In this document: positions 38,671-49,961 of the stretch, piece after piece
Layout of the letters: each line of letters begins with the position of its first letter
How positions within the stretch are numbered: position 1 is the first letter of the stretch
The notes under the pieces: model-generated
The model's input: the letters and a program-made list of their open reading frames with translations, nothing else
Told to the model about the DNA's origin: nothing
The model's database searches: none
Source: an uncultured Candidatus Binatia bacterium
GTDB lineage: Bacteria > Desulfobacterota > Binatia > UBA9968 > CAXXLF01
Direction of reading: 5' to 3'
DNA length: 64,000 bases
NCBI GenBank assembly: GCA_965218425.1
Contig: OZ244621.1
Span: 1,056,001 to 1,120,000, forward strand
Translations under genes and position numbers: made by a program

Positions 38671-39855
38671 ATGAATCCCGCACCACCAATCCGAAGCAGA
38701 TATTCCGTACCCTGTCCTCATTACCCCAATTGTATTGGCTGCCCCTTTATCGATCGGCCCTACCCTGAACAGCTGAGCCGAAAGCGAGAACGACTGGCAG
38801 GCGCCCTGGGTGCCTACTCGGGTCTTGCGAGTTTCGAGGTTCCCGACGTTGTTCCCTCTCCCTTCAGGTTAGGTTACCGGGCGCGGGTTAAGCTCGTTGT
38901 AGGTAAAGTAAAGAAAGATATCGTTACTGGTCTCTATTACCCGCAGAGTCACCGCGTCGTGGACATCTCCTCCTGTCCAGTTCATCCGAAACCCGTGAAC
39001 TCCGTGCTGAAGTACCTAAAAGGGCAAATCGTCAGCCTGGGAATCGAGCCTTATGACGAGAAAGACGACACAGGGGATCTTCGTTATGTCGATTTTCGCT
39101 ATAGCTTTTATCGGCGCAAGCTTGCAATTACGCTGGTGACCCGTCATGCCGAGTTTCGCCAAGGGCAAGAGTTGGCCCGTGCCCTCAATCGCCGTTTCTC
39201 TTTTGTGAGCGGAGTGATTCAAAATATCAATGAGGAACGAGGCAATGTGATCTGGGGAACACGATTTCGTTCTTTGGCCGGCCGTGGCTCCATCGAAGAA
39301 AAGATCGGATTCTTGAAACTCAAGCTACCCGCCGGTGTATTTTCTCAGGCGAATCCGTCCATGGCTCGTCGGATCTATGAAGACGCCGTGGCCATGGCAG
39401 ATCTCAAAGGACGGGAAAGGGCACTGGATCTATACTGCGGTGTCGGTCCCCTTTCCCTTTATATCGCAGCCAATGCCGGCTCTGTTTGGGGAGTCGATGA
39501 ATCTTCCCTCTCCATTGACGCGGCCAAACAGAACGCACGCATGAACGGCATTCACAACTGCCGTTTTTTTGTAGAGGACGTGGTGAAGAAGATCGAGGAG
39601 GCAAAGGGCCAGCTTAGTGATATCGATTTGATCGTCTGCAACCCCCCACGCAAAGGGCTTCAGCCTCAAGCCTTGGAGGCTATGCTAACTGCGAGGGCCC
39701 CTAAAATCATCTATGTTTCTTGCGACCCGGTAACCCTGGCACGCGACTTGAATCGCTTTACCGGCGATGGCTATGGACTCACGGGCCTTCAGCCCTTCGA
39801 CATGTTTCCCCAAACAGAAGAAGTTGAAACAGTAGCGCGGCTGGAAAGAATCTAA
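38671..39855 (+). CDS. rlmD: 23S rRNA (uracil-5)-methyltransferase RlmD/TrmA family
   Basis: Fe-S Cys cluster CPHYPNCIGC, FSQAN, DLYCGVG, NPPRKG, YVSC and DMFPQT motifs. Confidence 0.88.
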   Translation: MNPAPPIRSRYSVPCPHYPNCIGCPFIDRPYPEQLSRKRERLAGALGAYSGLASFEVPDVVPSPFRLGYRARVKLVVGKVKKDIVTGLYYPQSHRVVDISSCPVHPKPVNSVLKYLKGQIVSLGIEPYDEKDDTGDLRYVDFRYSFYRRKLAITLVTRHAEFRQGQELARALNRRFSFVSGVIQNINEERGNVIWGTRFRSLAGRGSIEEKIGFLKLKLPAGVFSQANPSMARRIYEDAVAMADLKGRERALDLYCGVGPLSLYIAANAGSVWGVDESSLSIDAAKQNARMNGIHNCRFFVEDVVKKIEEAKGQLSDIDLIVCNPPRKGLQPQALEAMLTARAPKIIYVSCDPVTLARDLNRFTGDGYGLTGLQPFDMFPQTEEVETVARLERI

Positions 39856-39878
39856 TAAACCGGCTTATGGCAGTTACT

Positions 39879-41018
39879 TCATCCCCAAAGCCGCTTGCTG
39901 GCTATCCGCGCCCCCTCCACCAGGGACCTGAGCTTGGCCCAGGTAACGTCTTGGTAGACCCGGTCGCGGCCGGCGAAAGTCCCGAAACCGCAATCGGTAC
40001 CGCCAATGACATTTTCCCGGCCCACCACCCCGGCGTATTGCTCAATACGCTGGGCCACTACCTCAGGGTGCTCGACGAAGTTCGTCGTGGTGTCAATTAC
40101 TCCGGGAATGAGCACTTTACCGGCCGGGAGCTTTACGTCTTGCCAGACCTGCCACTCATGGGCGTGTCGTGGATTGCAGGCCTCCACCAGGTAGGCCCCC
40201 GCCCGCACCTTTAACACCAGATCAATGATGTCCCGCAACGCTACGTCATGGGTGTGGGGCCCTTCGAAGTTGCCCCAGCAGATGTGGTAACGAACCTGTT
40301 CCTCGGGGATCCCCTCCAGGGCATGATTGAGGGCTTCGACCCGGATGGCCTGGGCCTTACGATACTCCTCTAAGGTGTGACTGTGGAAGCTAACGCTTCG
40401 GTCCATGGCATTATCCGGGGCGTCGATTTGCACTATCAGCCCCGCTTTCGCGACGGTCTGATACTCCTCCTTCATGGCGTCGGCCAGGGCGAAGAGGTAT
40501 GCTTCCAATGACGGGTAGTGGCGGTTGATAAGCGTGTATTCAATAACTCCGAGCGATGCGGAGGGGAGAAAGCCCTCCGCGGCCGATCCGTTGCCCAGTG
40601 CGCTTTTCAGGTTTTGAATGTCCGTTTCCACCGCACGCTTACCCTGGTACGCGACGGGACCAACGCAAAACGGGCGCTTGAAGCTCGCTCCCGTGGAAGG
40701 CTGGCGGCTCCATTCAGGAAAATCTTTAGCCTCCGCTCGAATGCGGGGCTCCGTGTTTACCCCGCCGAAGCCCTCCAGGCGCTCGGCCACATAGACACTG
40801 AAGCCGGGTTTGCCAAATTCTCCGTCGCTTACGACGTCGATACCGGTGTCCACCTGCTTGCGTACAACGTCCGCCACCGCCGACCGAACCCTCGCGGCCA
40901 AACCCTGTGCTTCCACTGGCCGACCGCTTTCCCGCGCCCGAATCATCTCCAACAAATCAGGAGGGCGTGGAAGGCTTCCGGTATGGGTGGTCAGTATTCG
41001 CTCTGTACTGTGTTTCAT
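39879..41018 (-). CDS. Cobalamin-independent methionine synthase II family Zn enzyme (paralog of 140..1294)
   Basis: ILTTHTGSLPRP, HICWGN, NPRHAHEW and TDCGFG motifs. Confidence 0.88.
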   Translation of the reverse strand: MKHSTERILTTHTGSLPRPPDLLEMIRARESGRPVEAQGLAARVRSAVADVVRKQVDTGIDVVSDGEFGKPGFSVYVAERLEGFGGVNTEPRIRAEAKDFPEWSRQPSTGASFKRPFCVGPVAYQGKRAVETDIQNLKSALGNGSAAEGFLPSASLGVIEYTLINRHYPSLEAYLFALADAMKEEYQTVAKAGLIVQIDAPDNAMDRSVSFHSHTLEEYRKAQAIRVEALNHALEGIPEEQVRYHICWGNFEGPHTHDVALRDIIDLVLKVRAGAYLVEACNPRHAHEWQVWQDVKLPAGKVLIPGVIDTTTNFVEHPEVVAQRIEQYAGVVGRENVIGGTDCGFGTFAGRDRVYQDVTWAKLRSLVEGARIASKRLWG

Positions 41019-41183
41019 AGTTTCCTCCGAAAGTGGAAGCCGAAAATGAAAACAATTCCACAAGAAACTCGGCGCACCCTACGCCCTCGTATGAGTCGCG
41101 TCGATAGTGTAACCGCAGCGTCTTTGAGAAAATTAGCGACATTGCTGGGTCACAAGTTTAAGATTAGCCCGCCAAGGGTAGGG

Positions 41184-42917
41184 CTAGTCACTGACGTTTT
41201 TCAGGCCGAAAAATCGAACTAACAAGGCGACCATCACAATAATAAAGACTACCAAGACGCCGATTACAGTAGCTCTTTCCAACTCAGCAGACATCATGAA
41301 ATCCAACATGAGTAAGGAAAGGGGCCGCGAAGAGGGCGAAGAAAGCAATAGCACAACCGGTATGTCACGAACAGCCGAAACGAAAACCACCAGAGCCGTC
41401 GCCAAAACCGTCGGCAGCATTAATGGGATAACAATCTTGCGGAAAGTACGCATTCCCGAGGCGCCACTCACAAATGAGCTTTCTTCAAGCTCCTTGTCGA
41501 TTTGCATGACGCTGGCTTTGGAAATCTGTGTCCCTAACGGCAGTTCTTTAATTATGATCGCCAAAACAAGTAAATAAAGCGTGCCATAGATCGGTGTTAT
41601 GGCTTTCCCAACCCCTAATGTGGCCCACAGAAGGGCCAAGCTGATCAGTACGCCCGGCAGCGCCCACGGCAGCCAAACGAGAAATTCCAGGATGTGGCGC
41701 CCTCGGAAACGTGACCGAACGATGTTGTAGCCGACAAGCGCATAAAACAGTGCTCCTACCGCACCAGCTCCGACCCCCAAAATTAATGTATTGCGCAATG
41801 AGCGCAATAAAATGGGATCATCAAAGGCGTCCGACCAGTTACTCAGAGTCCACGGTTCGGGGATAGAGAAGTAGCCGAAGACCTTCATAAACGTGCCCAT
41901 AAGCTGCACGACCATCGGCAGGCCGATCATGACAAGTACAAAAGCGGTCGAAAACCCAAAGGTCACCCAACGCCACTTTCCCAACGGTGTAACTCGCGCC
42001 GAGTAGCCGCGCCCCCCCACCGTAGTGTATTCACGCGTCCCGAGGAGGTATCGTTGCAGACGTATCATGGCAAAGACGGCCAGGAGGAACACGCTGCTGA
42101 GCGCCGTGGCAGCATGATAGGCTGGAGGTTCAAAATGAGCATAATCCCAGACGAGAGTGGAGTAGACAAAAATGCCCGCCGGGATACCCAGTATAATTTC
42201 CACTTCTAGCGATTCCAAGCTCTTGATAAAGGCCAGCATCGTGGTCGCCAAAATCGCTGGCATCAGTACCGGCACCGTAATCCGCGCTAGGGTAGCGATA
42301 GTGCTACTACCTGCAACATGGGCTGCTTCCTCCAAAGCTGTATCCAGCGCTTCAAAAGCAGGTGTCAAAAGCAGGAAACGAACAGACGTACTAAACGCGA
42401 GGTGAGCCCATATAATGCCGCTGTACGAGTATATGTTGAACGGTGCGCTCGAGAGCCCAAACCAGTCTATGAGAAGCCGGTTGATGATGCCATAACTTGG
42501 ATCCAACAAAAGAATCCATCCCAATGTCATAGGAAGTAGCGGGAGGAAAAAACCCAGCCATAGCATAAACTGAATAAAGCTTTTGCCTGGCGTATCTGTC
42601 CTTGTGATAACCCAGGCAAAAAAGACCGATAATACAGTCGTGATCCCGACACGGATTACGCCCAAAGTGAGCGTGTTCCAAAGGGCCGGTGGCACGGAAC
42701 GGTCACTAAAGGCCAACCTCCATCCTTCTAAACCCCAAGCGATGGGTTGCCCAGGCTGACTGACCTGGAAACTGCTCAAAAAAAGGAGGCCAATCGGGTA
42801 TGCGGTAAAAAAAGCGATGATGCCCAGGAGGAAGAGAGACCGAACGGTAACGGGATTCAGTCGTACATACGCTTGGAAACTTCTATCTCTGGCGGGCAAG
42901 GCGACCTTGCGGAACAT
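41184..42917 (-). CDS. Fe3+/thiamine-type ABC permease with two EAA loops
   Basis: LEEAAHVAGS and ELEESSFVSGA; multiple TM segments. Confidence 0.9.
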   Translation of the reverse strand: MFRKVALPARDRSFQAYVRLNPVTVRSLFLLGIIAFFTAYPIGLLFLSSFQVSQPGQPIAWGLEGWRLAFSDRSVPPALWNTLTLGVIRVGITTVLSVFFAWVITRTDTPGKSFIQFMLWLGFFLPLLPMTLGWILLLDPSYGIINRLLIDWFGLSSAPFNIYSYSGIIWAHLAFSTSVRFLLLTPAFEALDTALEEAAHVAGSSTIATLARITVPVLMPAILATTMLAFIKSLESLEVEIILGIPAGIFVYSTLVWDYAHFEPPAYHAATALSSVFLLAVFAMIRLQRYLLGTREYTTVGGRGYSARVTPLGKWRWVTFGFSTAFVLVMIGLPMVVQLMGTFMKVFGYFSIPEPWTLSNWSDAFDDPILLRSLRNTLILGVGAGAVGALFYALVGYNIVRSRFRGRHILEFLVWLPWALPGVLISLALLWATLGVGKAITPIYGTLYLLVLAIIIKELPLGTQISKASVMQIDKELEESSFVSGASGMRTFRKIVIPLMLPTVLATALVVFVSAVRDIPVVLLLSSPSSRPLSLLMLDFMMSAELERATVIGVLVVFIIVMVALLVRFFGLKNVSD

Positions 42918-43149
42918 TTTCTTAAGACAAAGTTATTAGCAACGAGACTTTAGCCCCACTGGGCTGTCAGCCATTTCTATCAGATGTGGTCTCGACAGTT
43001 CCAGGCCGTCTCCCTTGTAATTCCCGTAAATTTCTCTTGAAGATCCATCCCAGACACTTTACCAATACGCCGGCTGGTTTTTTGGTTTTCAGTGTTTTTG
43101 CCTTATTGACCCTGAAATGCGGCTTTAGAAAATAAGCGCGATTGGTCTG

Positions 43150-44241
43150 CTACAAATTGTAGAAGCTCCTCGGGTTGTCAGACAGAATCTTGTCTGTGAG
43201 ACTAGCTGGAATGTCCTCACGAGACTTCATTGCAGCGACGAGGTCACGTTCCTCCGAAGGATCGTTATGGGCGTAATCGGACCCGATCAGGAGATTATCG
43301 TCACCCACGTACTTAGCGAGATATCCAACATCCTCGTCCGCCTCGCAGGCCACGTAAATTCTGCTCTTTTGGAACAGCTCTGGGCTCGAAAGCTCGGCCC
43401 ATCTATCTCGCGACCCCCGTCTTAAAGCGTGGAGCAAAAACGGCAGCCATCCCGCAGAGGCTTCTATGAAGCCAAATCTCAATGTGGGGAAAAGTTCAGG
43501 TATCCGATTGGCCACAAGGTTCCTGAAAGCCATTAGAGGAAGCAGTCGCCCGTGGCAGAACACCGCGTGCCGGTCAACATTGAATAAGCTCGACATTGTC
43601 GGCGAGCCTGCCCCGGTATGGATACAAATAGACAGGTCGTGGTCCATTGCCGCTTGGTAAACCGGGAAAAAATAAGGGTCATCCAAATTGAGATCCTTCT
43701 CCAACCCGCGGAAAAAGATTCCAACCGCGCTATGTTCCTTGGCCCATCTCATTTCTTTGATGGACTCGCCAATAGACCGCAGCGGTAAGACCGCAACCCA
43801 CCTTAGGCGATCCCCGCCTTTGGAGCAGGCCTCGCTCATAAATCGGTTGTAAGCTCTGCACAAGGCGATTTCCAAACTCAAATCATCCGTCAGGTAAACC
43901 AGAAACAGCGTAGGATAAATCACCTGGATATCGACCTTTAGCCGATCCATGTCCTTTAGACGTAAAGCCGGATCCGTAAGCTCACGCGATTCAATAGAAG
44001 GATCTTTTCTCGATGACTGCTGTTTCGATGCAGAAGGAGTGATCAACCTGTTTCCCGCTTTGCCAGCCGGTTTGGGAACGATGTTCCCATCGATGAGCCA
44101 GAAGGCATTGCTCGATTTATAAACCGTATCATCGGGAACACGCATTAGAATGGGTCGCTGAGGGTGCACTTCCTTTTCTAATAGCGCCCACATGTGCTCC
44201 GATTCTGCGACATGAGTATCAGCATCGACGATCGGTCCCAT
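43150..44241 (-). CDS. Amidohydrolase_2 family protein
   Basis: DADTH, QVIYPT, CRAYN, IHTG and GSDYAHND motifs. Confidence 0.9.
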   Translation of the reverse strand: MGPIVDADTHVAESEHMWALLEKEVHPQRPILMRVPDDTVYKSSNAFWLIDGNIVPKPAGKAGNRLITPSASKQQSSRKDPSIESRELTDPALRLKDMDRLKVDIQVIYPTLFLVYLTDDLSLEIALCRAYNRFMSEACSKGGDRLRWVAVLPLRSIGESIKEMRWAKEHSAVGIFFRGLEKDLNLDDPYFFPVYQAAMDHDLSICIHTGAGSPTMSSLFNVDRHAVFCHGRLLPLMAFRNLVANRIPELFPTLRFGFIEASAGWLPFLLHALRRGSRDRWAELSSPELFQKSRIYVACEADEDVGYLAKYVGDDNLLIGSDYAHNDPSEERDLVAAMKSREDIPASLTDKILSDNPRSFYNL

Positions 44242-44305
44242 TGAATCTCCTCCTCTACGGCTCTAAACCATCCGAAAGTGGTCCCTGGATATAACGTGAC
44301 ACTTT

Positions 44306-45421
44306 TCAATTCCTTCGGTATATCGATCTAAGATACTTTACTAATTCCCCTCCAGGTCCCCGAGTCTTAAGTGCTTCTGGCTTGTCGACCCAGAAATAAC
44401 TTTGCCCCGGTTGCGGCACGAAACAAGGAGGGATCTTGGAAGGCACATCGAGTCTCCGGCTGCTCGTGTCACCCGCGTGGCTGAAAAGCTGTTGCCCCTC
44501 TTTGCCCAATAGCCAATTTAAATATAACAGTGCCGCGTTGGGGTGCGGCGCTTTGGTCAACATCCCGACGCCACCACCACCTACGGAAAGCCACTGTCCA
44601 TCTTCAACGCAGCGGTGTTCTAAAGGGACGCCTTTCGACTTGAGCTCAATAATTGGACGCGGGTTGGGACCTGGCAATAACGAGTAGCGCCCATTGACGA
44701 GCCAATCGGCCGCCTGCCTTATGTTTCTAGTGAAAATGATCTCCTGCTCTTCAACGAGTTTTTTGATAAAGCCGGGCCCGAAGCCAAATTGCTTGCCCAT
44801 GTACAGATAAGTAAAGAGCCCCTGGCCCGCGCCAGCGACCCTCGGATCATCCGAGACGATCTTTCCTTTGTATTTCGGCCTGAGCAAGTCTTGGTATGAA
44901 GTCAACTCGCCACTTTTGACAACTTGGGGGTTCACCGCAAGTCCCCCATAGAGCCTAGAGGAATGGGCAAAGAACCGGCGGTTATTGGAATTCTGCCACA
45001 AGAAGCCGTTCAGCCATTTTTTGGGGTCTTTCACCTCCGGATGAATCAAAGCGGGTTCCAATGGTTCAAAGAGTTTACGAATATCGAGACCCGTTATGCT
45101 CCCGAATCCAGAGATCCACAGATCAACCTTATACAATCCCGCCCTTCGTTGCGTCAAAATTTTGTTCCTGTGGCTCGAACCACGCCCCCCCTCGTATTCC
45201 ACCCTTATTCCGTACCGGGACTGGAAGGGTTTTGTCATCGCTCTCCTGACGCTCGCCGTTCCTGGTCCAGATACATTAACGCTCCCTTCCTTCTTAGCTT
45301 TGGCCACGATAGAATCCCAAGAGCCGAATGAGGCGGCATGGCTCGGGAACCACACGCCGGGACCCAGCACGAGAATCATGACAGAAGCAGACACGAGTAT
45401 TAGACGACCAATAGTTTTCAT
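44306..45421 (-). CDS. Extracellular solute-binding protein (Fe3+/thiamine/polyamine class)
   Basis: Signal peptide ending SHA, plus AKKEGSV, DLLRPKYKGKI and APHPNAALLYLNWLLGKEGQ. Confidence 0.88.
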   Translation of the reverse strand: MKTIGRLILVSASVMILVLGPGVWFPSHAASFGSWDSIVAKAKKEGSVNVSGPGTASVRRAMTKPFQSRYGIRVEYEGGRGSSHRNKILTQRRAGLYKVDLWISGFGSITGLDIRKLFEPLEPALIHPEVKDPKKWLNGFLWQNSNNRRFFAHSSRLYGGLAVNPQVVKSGELTSYQDLLRPKYKGKIVSDDPRVAGAGQGLFTYLYMGKQFGFGPGFIKKLVEEQEIIFTRNIRQAADWLVNGRYSLLPGPNPRPIIELKSKGVPLEHRCVEDGQWLSVGGGGVGMLTKAPHPNAALLYLNWLLGKEGQQLFSHAGDTSSRRLDVPSKIPPCFVPQPGQSYFWVDKPEALKTRGPGGELVKYLRSIYRRN

Positions 45422-45594
45422 GGTACTCCTCCCGCTTAAGGTTTTCTGTACCCTCCTAGCAAGCTCGGTAACGGGTCTTGCTAATCCACAGAATCCGTCG
45501 TGTCCAATGGCAATCAAGGTATGACCCACCTCCGGCTGCGACCATCGAGCCACAACCAACGTCAGTTACCACCGCCTGCTGTTATTTCCAAAAT

Positions 45595-47160
45595 CTATTT
45601 CTTATCCAGCCATGTGTAATTCAGCCCACCGCCATAGTGACGGAAGTGACCTTCACTATCTGTAGTAAATCCCTTCACGTGTTCCCTGAACATGAACAAG
45701 CGAGGAGTAAACCCTATAGGTATATCCGGTACGTCTTCAATCACTCTTATTACAATTTTTCGAAAGAGTTCCTTCCGCTTCTCGGGATCCAACTCGAGCT
45801 CAGCCTGTCTGATCAAACCGTCCATCTCCTTGTTGCAGTAGCCTGATGTATTGGTAGTTCGCTTTTTCAGATCAGGTTCACATACAAACTCGGGTCCATA
45901 GGTAGGTGACGGATCGGGATCATATGAACCCCCGGAGAACCTCATGGAGTAATCGCCTGAGCGTTGGCTCGCCACATAGGCGCCGTAGTCGACCACCTGG
46001 AGGTCAATCTTCATACCAATCTGTTTAAGCTGGTGCTGAAGCGTAGCCCCTTCCGTTTCCATGTCTTCACCCTGGCGACCCGTGAGTTTGATCGGTTCCC
46101 CCTTATAGCCAGATTCTCTCAGAAGGGCTTTGGCCTTTTCGATATCCCGCTTCGGTGAAGGTATTCCATCGATATACCAGGCATGCCCCTTGGGGTATAG
46201 CTGGTCTGTAACTTCCCCAAACCCAAAGTATGCCGCGTGTAGGATTTCCTCTTTATTGATAGCATGGGCTATGGCCTCGCGCAGCTTTTTGTCGTTGAAA
46301 GGCGGCGCCGCCACATTGAATTCGAGATGGCGGTAACCCGCATGGGTGGCCTGGACATATTGAACTCCTTTGATCTTGCCCTGAACCACCAGCTTCACCC
46401 ACTCGTAGGGAGCCCGCTCGATAATATCCACGTCTCCCGCGCGTAGAGCCGTGAAGCGCACGGTGGAATTAGCGATGGGCCTGATCACGAGCCTGTCGAT
46501 GTAGGCCTTATGCCCCCAGTAACCATCATAGCGCTCCAGTACAAGCTTCTGACGGGGCCGCCACTCGACGAACTTGAACGGCCCGGTACCGGGAGGAAAC
46601 GATACGGGCTTGGCAATACCTTCTTCAACTGATTCTTTGGGAATGACGGAAAAGGTGCGGATGTCTGCAAGCAAAGAGAGAAACCCCGGGCTGGCTTTTT
46701 TCAGATAAATCTTCAGCGTATGTTTATCTACGCTTTCTGCCCGTTCAACCAAGGCGAGCCGGCTATAACCGTAGGCCCCATTCTTAGGATTCTTCGTGTA
46801 GTCGATGGCAAACTTAGCGTCATCCGCCGTCATTTTCTGGCCGTCGTGAAATTTGACTCCTTTTTGCAGGCGGATGGTATATATTCTGCCGTCCTTCGAG
46901 ATTTTCCACGACTCAGCGAGATTCGGACGGACGTTCCCCTTCAAGTCCATCGCCAGAAGCGCCTCATACATGAGGTCGCGAAGAGACTTATCGGTGGATG
47001 ATGTTCTGACCAGAGGATTCATCATGGTCAGATCCTTTCGAGTTGTAAAGGTAAGCGTACCTCCACGCTTGGGTTGATCTTGAGCGTCACCCACCTGAGG
47101 TGCAGCGAATAAGAGTAAGAAGGTAAAAGCAGATCCTGCAACAAATTTCCATTGTTTCAT
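45595..47160 (-). CDS. ABC substrate-binding protein family 5 (peptide/nickel)
   Basis: Signal peptide plus RGGTL, PNLAESW, GVKFHDG and GTGPFKF. Confidence 0.92.
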   Translation of the reverse strand: MKQWKFVAGSAFTFLLLFAAPQVGDAQDQPKRGGTLTFTTRKDLTMMNPLVRTSSTDKSLRDLMYEALLAMDLKGNVRPNLAESWKISKDGRIYTIRLQKGVKFHDGQKMTADDAKFAIDYTKNPKNGAYGYSRLALVERAESVDKHTLKIYLKKASPGFLSLLADIRTFSVIPKESVEEGIAKPVSFPPGTGPFKFVEWRPRQKLVLERYDGYWGHKAYIDRLVIRPIANSTVRFTALRAGDVDIIERAPYEWVKLVVQGKIKGVQYVQATHAGYRHLEFNVAAPPFNDKKLREAIAHAINKEEILHAAYFGFGEVTDQLYPKGHAWYIDGIPSPKRDIEKAKALLRESGYKGEPIKLTGRQGEDMETEGATLQHQLKQIGMKIDLQVVDYGAYVASQRSGDYSMRFSGGSYDPDPSPTYGPEFVCEPDLKKRTTNTSGYCNKEMDGLIRQAELELDPEKRKELFRKIVIRVIEDVPDIPIGFTPRLFMFREHVKGFTTDSEGHFRHYGGGLNYTWLDKK

Positions 47161-47299
47161 GGCAAAGCCCTCCCTTTGGAGCCCCTCCTATCACTAGGAT
47201 TTAGCCATGTCAACCTGAATCTAAGGGGCACGGATGGGTCTCTGCGTTGCCCATCTTCAAGCAGGTTGACATCCTGGCTCATTGTCCGATACTTGCCCT

Positions 47300-48691
47300 A
47301 TGGAGTCACAGCACGCATCGATTAAACAGGCTTACCTTTTGCCCGTGGGGAGCGATACCACCGTGCGTGGCTGGGTGCGCTCACGCCGGGATTCCAAGGG
47401 GATCACCTTTATCGAATTAAATGACGGTTCGCGATTTAATAGCCTACAACTCGTAGTGGAAAACGGAGTGGTGCCGGAGCAATCTCTCGCTCAGGTTACG
47501 ACGGGAAGCGCCATTGCCGCATCCGGAGCCCTGGTAGCATCCCCCGCCAAGGGTCAGGCCGTGGAACTTAAGGTTGCACAGCTTTTCGTATACGGAACGG
47601 CAGACCCCGCCACATATCCGCTGCAAAAGAAAGGTCATTCCTTTGAGTTCCTGCGTGAGATCGCCCACCTGCGTGTCCGCAGCAATACCTTCGGCGCGGC
47701 CTTTCGCGTGCGCAATGCCCTCACCCACGCGATTCACAGTTTCTTTCAGGAGCGAGATTTTATCTATGTTCAAACGCCGATTATAACCACCTCGGATTGC
47801 GAGGGGGCAGGGGAGATGTTCAACGTAACCACTCTGAACCTGCAGGATCTCCCTCGCACCCATGACGGCAACATAGACTGGCACCAGGACTTCTTTGGTC
47901 GCCCCGCATACCTGACGGTCAGCGGCCAATTGGAGGCTGAGATATTCGCCATGAATTTCGCCAAAGTTTATACCTTCGGCCCCACCTTCCGCGCCGAGAA
48001 CAGTAACACGCCTCGCCATCTGGCCGAGTTCTGGATGATTGAGCCAGAAATGGCGTTCCATGACCTCCAAGACAACATGCGTCTGGCGGAGGAATTTTTA
48101 AAATTTATAATTCGCCACATACTCGACAACTGCCGGGAAGACCTCGAGTTTTTCAATCAGCGGGTGGAAAAGACCGTGCTCGGTACATTGGAGCACGTGG
48201 CAGAGTCCGCGTTTGCGCATCTCTCATACACCGACGCGCTCAAGGCCCTTACAGAGGCTAAGAAGAAATGGGAATACGAGCCCCAGTGGGGCCGCGACTT
48301 GCAGACGGAGCATGAGCGGTTTCTCACCGAAGAAATCTTCAAGAAACCGGTAATCGTCACGGACTACCCAAAGGACATCAAACCCTTCTACATGCGCGTC
48401 AACGATGACAACCGAACCGTGCGGGCCATGGATGTATTGGTTCCCAGGGTGGGGGAAATAATCGGAGGGAGCCAGCGGGAGGAACGCTACGATGTGGTTC
48501 TCGAGAGGCTAAAGGAAACAGGGTTGGAGGAGGGTCCCTACTGGTGGTACCTGGACCTTCGCCGCTTTGGAACGGCCCCTCACTCGGGCTTCGGACTCGG
48601 CTTGGAGCGGATGATGATGTACCTGACCGGCCTCAAGAACATCCGCGATGTGATCCCCTTCCCGCGCACGCCGGGCAACGCGGAGTTTTGA
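47300..48691 (+). CDS. asnS: Asparagine--tRNA ligase
   Basis: [37 protein letters not shown] and GFGLGLER motifs. Confidence 0.96.
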   Translation: MESQHASIKQAYLLPVGSDTTVRGWVRSRRDSKGITFIELNDGSRFNSLQLVVENGVVPEQSLAQVTTGSAIAASGALVASPAKGQAVELKVAQLFVYGTADPATYPLQKKGHSFEFLREIAHLRVRSNTFGAAFRVRNALTHAIHSFFQERDFIYVQTPIITTSDCEGAGEMFNVTTLNLQDLPRTHDGNIDWHQDFFGRPAYLTVSGQLEAEIFAMNFAKVYTFGPTFRAENSNTPRHLAEFWMIEPEMAFHDLQDNMRLAEEFLKFIIRHILDNCREDLEFFNQRVEKTVLGTLEHVAESAFAHLSYTDALKALTEAKKKWEYEPQWGRDLQTEHERFLTEEIFKKPVIVTDYPKDIKPFYMRVNDDNRTVRAMDVLVPRVGEIIGGSQREERYDVVLERLKETGLEEGPYWWYLDLRRFGTAPHSGFGLGLERMMMYLTGLKNIRDVIPFPRTPGNAEF

Positions 48692-48719
48692 TCTCCGCCA
48701 GAGCGTCACATTTTCTGTT

Positions 48720-49961
48720 TCAACTACGTTGGGAACCCGCCGGGACGGGCCTGCTCTCATCACCAATCTCGAACCGGCGAATCACCGGAGCGGCAAAGGA
48801 AAGGCCGGTCACCAGCACGAGCGTTGCAACTCCCCCGATAAACGCGGCAATCTCGGCTCCTGCGAAGGAAGCAACCAGACCTGACTCGAATTGGCCCAGT
48901 TGAGGCCCGCCATTGGTGAAGACACTGTTGACCGAGGACATTCTACCGCGAAGTTCATCGGGAGTGCATAGCTGGTTAATGGTGTGACGTAGTACGGCAC
49001 CGATGGTATTTCCTATACCTGTTCCTGCCAGCATCAGCACCGAAAACCAGAATATCTTTGAGAAGGCAAAGAGCAGCAGGCATGCACCATAGATGGCCAC
49101 GCCCATGAGGACCCACCGGCCCGCGCGCCGCACACGACCGCTAAGACTTAGACAGCCAGCCGCGCCCAGGGAACCCACGGCTATCGCCGAGTGAAGGATG
49201 CCCAAGCCTTCCGGGCCCACCTGGAGGATGTCACGCGCGTAGATGGGAAGTAGAGCGCGGGTCGATCCCAAAAACGTCATGCCGAAGTCAAGGGACATCA
49301 GCAGCAAAATCACGCGCTGGGATCGCACAAAACCTACGCCTTCCTTGAGTGAGTTCAAGGATATGGCTCGACGAACGGCGGCGCTGAGGGGGGTCCGGAT
49401 GCAGACAAGGGAGAATGCCATGGCAAGCCAGGATACGGCGTCTACTCCATAGCAAAGGGCCGGCCCCACAAAACCTAGAGCTATACCGGCCAGAGAGGGT
49501 CCTGCAATCATTCCGACATGGCGCTGGGCGTTGGTCAAAGCCAGGGCGTTGGCCAACTCTTGGCGTGGCACGAGATTGGGAGGGAGTGTTTGTCGGGCCG
49601 GCGATTCCAGCGATGAAAAGACCGCAAGGAACACGTTTGCGCCGTATAACGCAAGCGGTGATGCTCTACCGCAGAGCGTGATAGCCACGAGTATGGCCGA
49701 AACCAAAAACTGTCCCAACTGGGTGAGAATCAGCAAGCGCTTGCGGTCAACGGCGTCAGCAAGAAGACCGCCGAAGAGAAGAAGCGCCATTTGGGGAATC
49801 GCACGGGAGAGCCCGAGCATACCGATGTGAAGCGGGGAGTCGGTAAGTTCGTAGACCTGCCATGCCATGGCCACCGTAGAGAACTGCGTTCCCATCCCCG
49901 AAAGGATCTGTCCGGTCCAAAAAATACGGAAGTCTCTATGCCGGAGCGCTTCAAATGCCAT
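48720..49961 (-). CDS. MFS transporter (EntS/DHA3-like; paralog of 18982..20265)
   Basis: LRHRDFRIFW, ADAVDRK, PARQ and TNGGPQLGQ shared with the paralog. Confidence 0.92.
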   Translation of the reverse strand: MAFEALRHRDFRIFWTGQILSGMGTQFSTVAMAWQVYELTDSPLHIGMLGLSRAIPQMALLLFGGLLADAVDRKRLLILTQLGQFLVSAILVAITLCGRASPLALYGANVFLAVFSSLESPARQTLPPNLVPRQELANALALTNAQRHVGMIAGPSLAGIALGFVGPALCYGVDAVSWLAMAFSLVCIRTPLSAAVRRAISLNSLKEGVGFVRSQRVILLLMSLDFGMTFLGSTRALLPIYARDILQVGPEGLGILHSAIAVGSLGAAGCLSLSGRVRRAGRWVLMGVAIYGACLLLFAFSKIFWFSVLMLAGTGIGNTIGAVLRHTINQLCTPDELRGRMSSVNSVFTNGGPQLGQFESGLVASFAGAEIAAFIGGVATLVLVTGLSFAAPVIRRFEIGDESRPVPAGSQRS

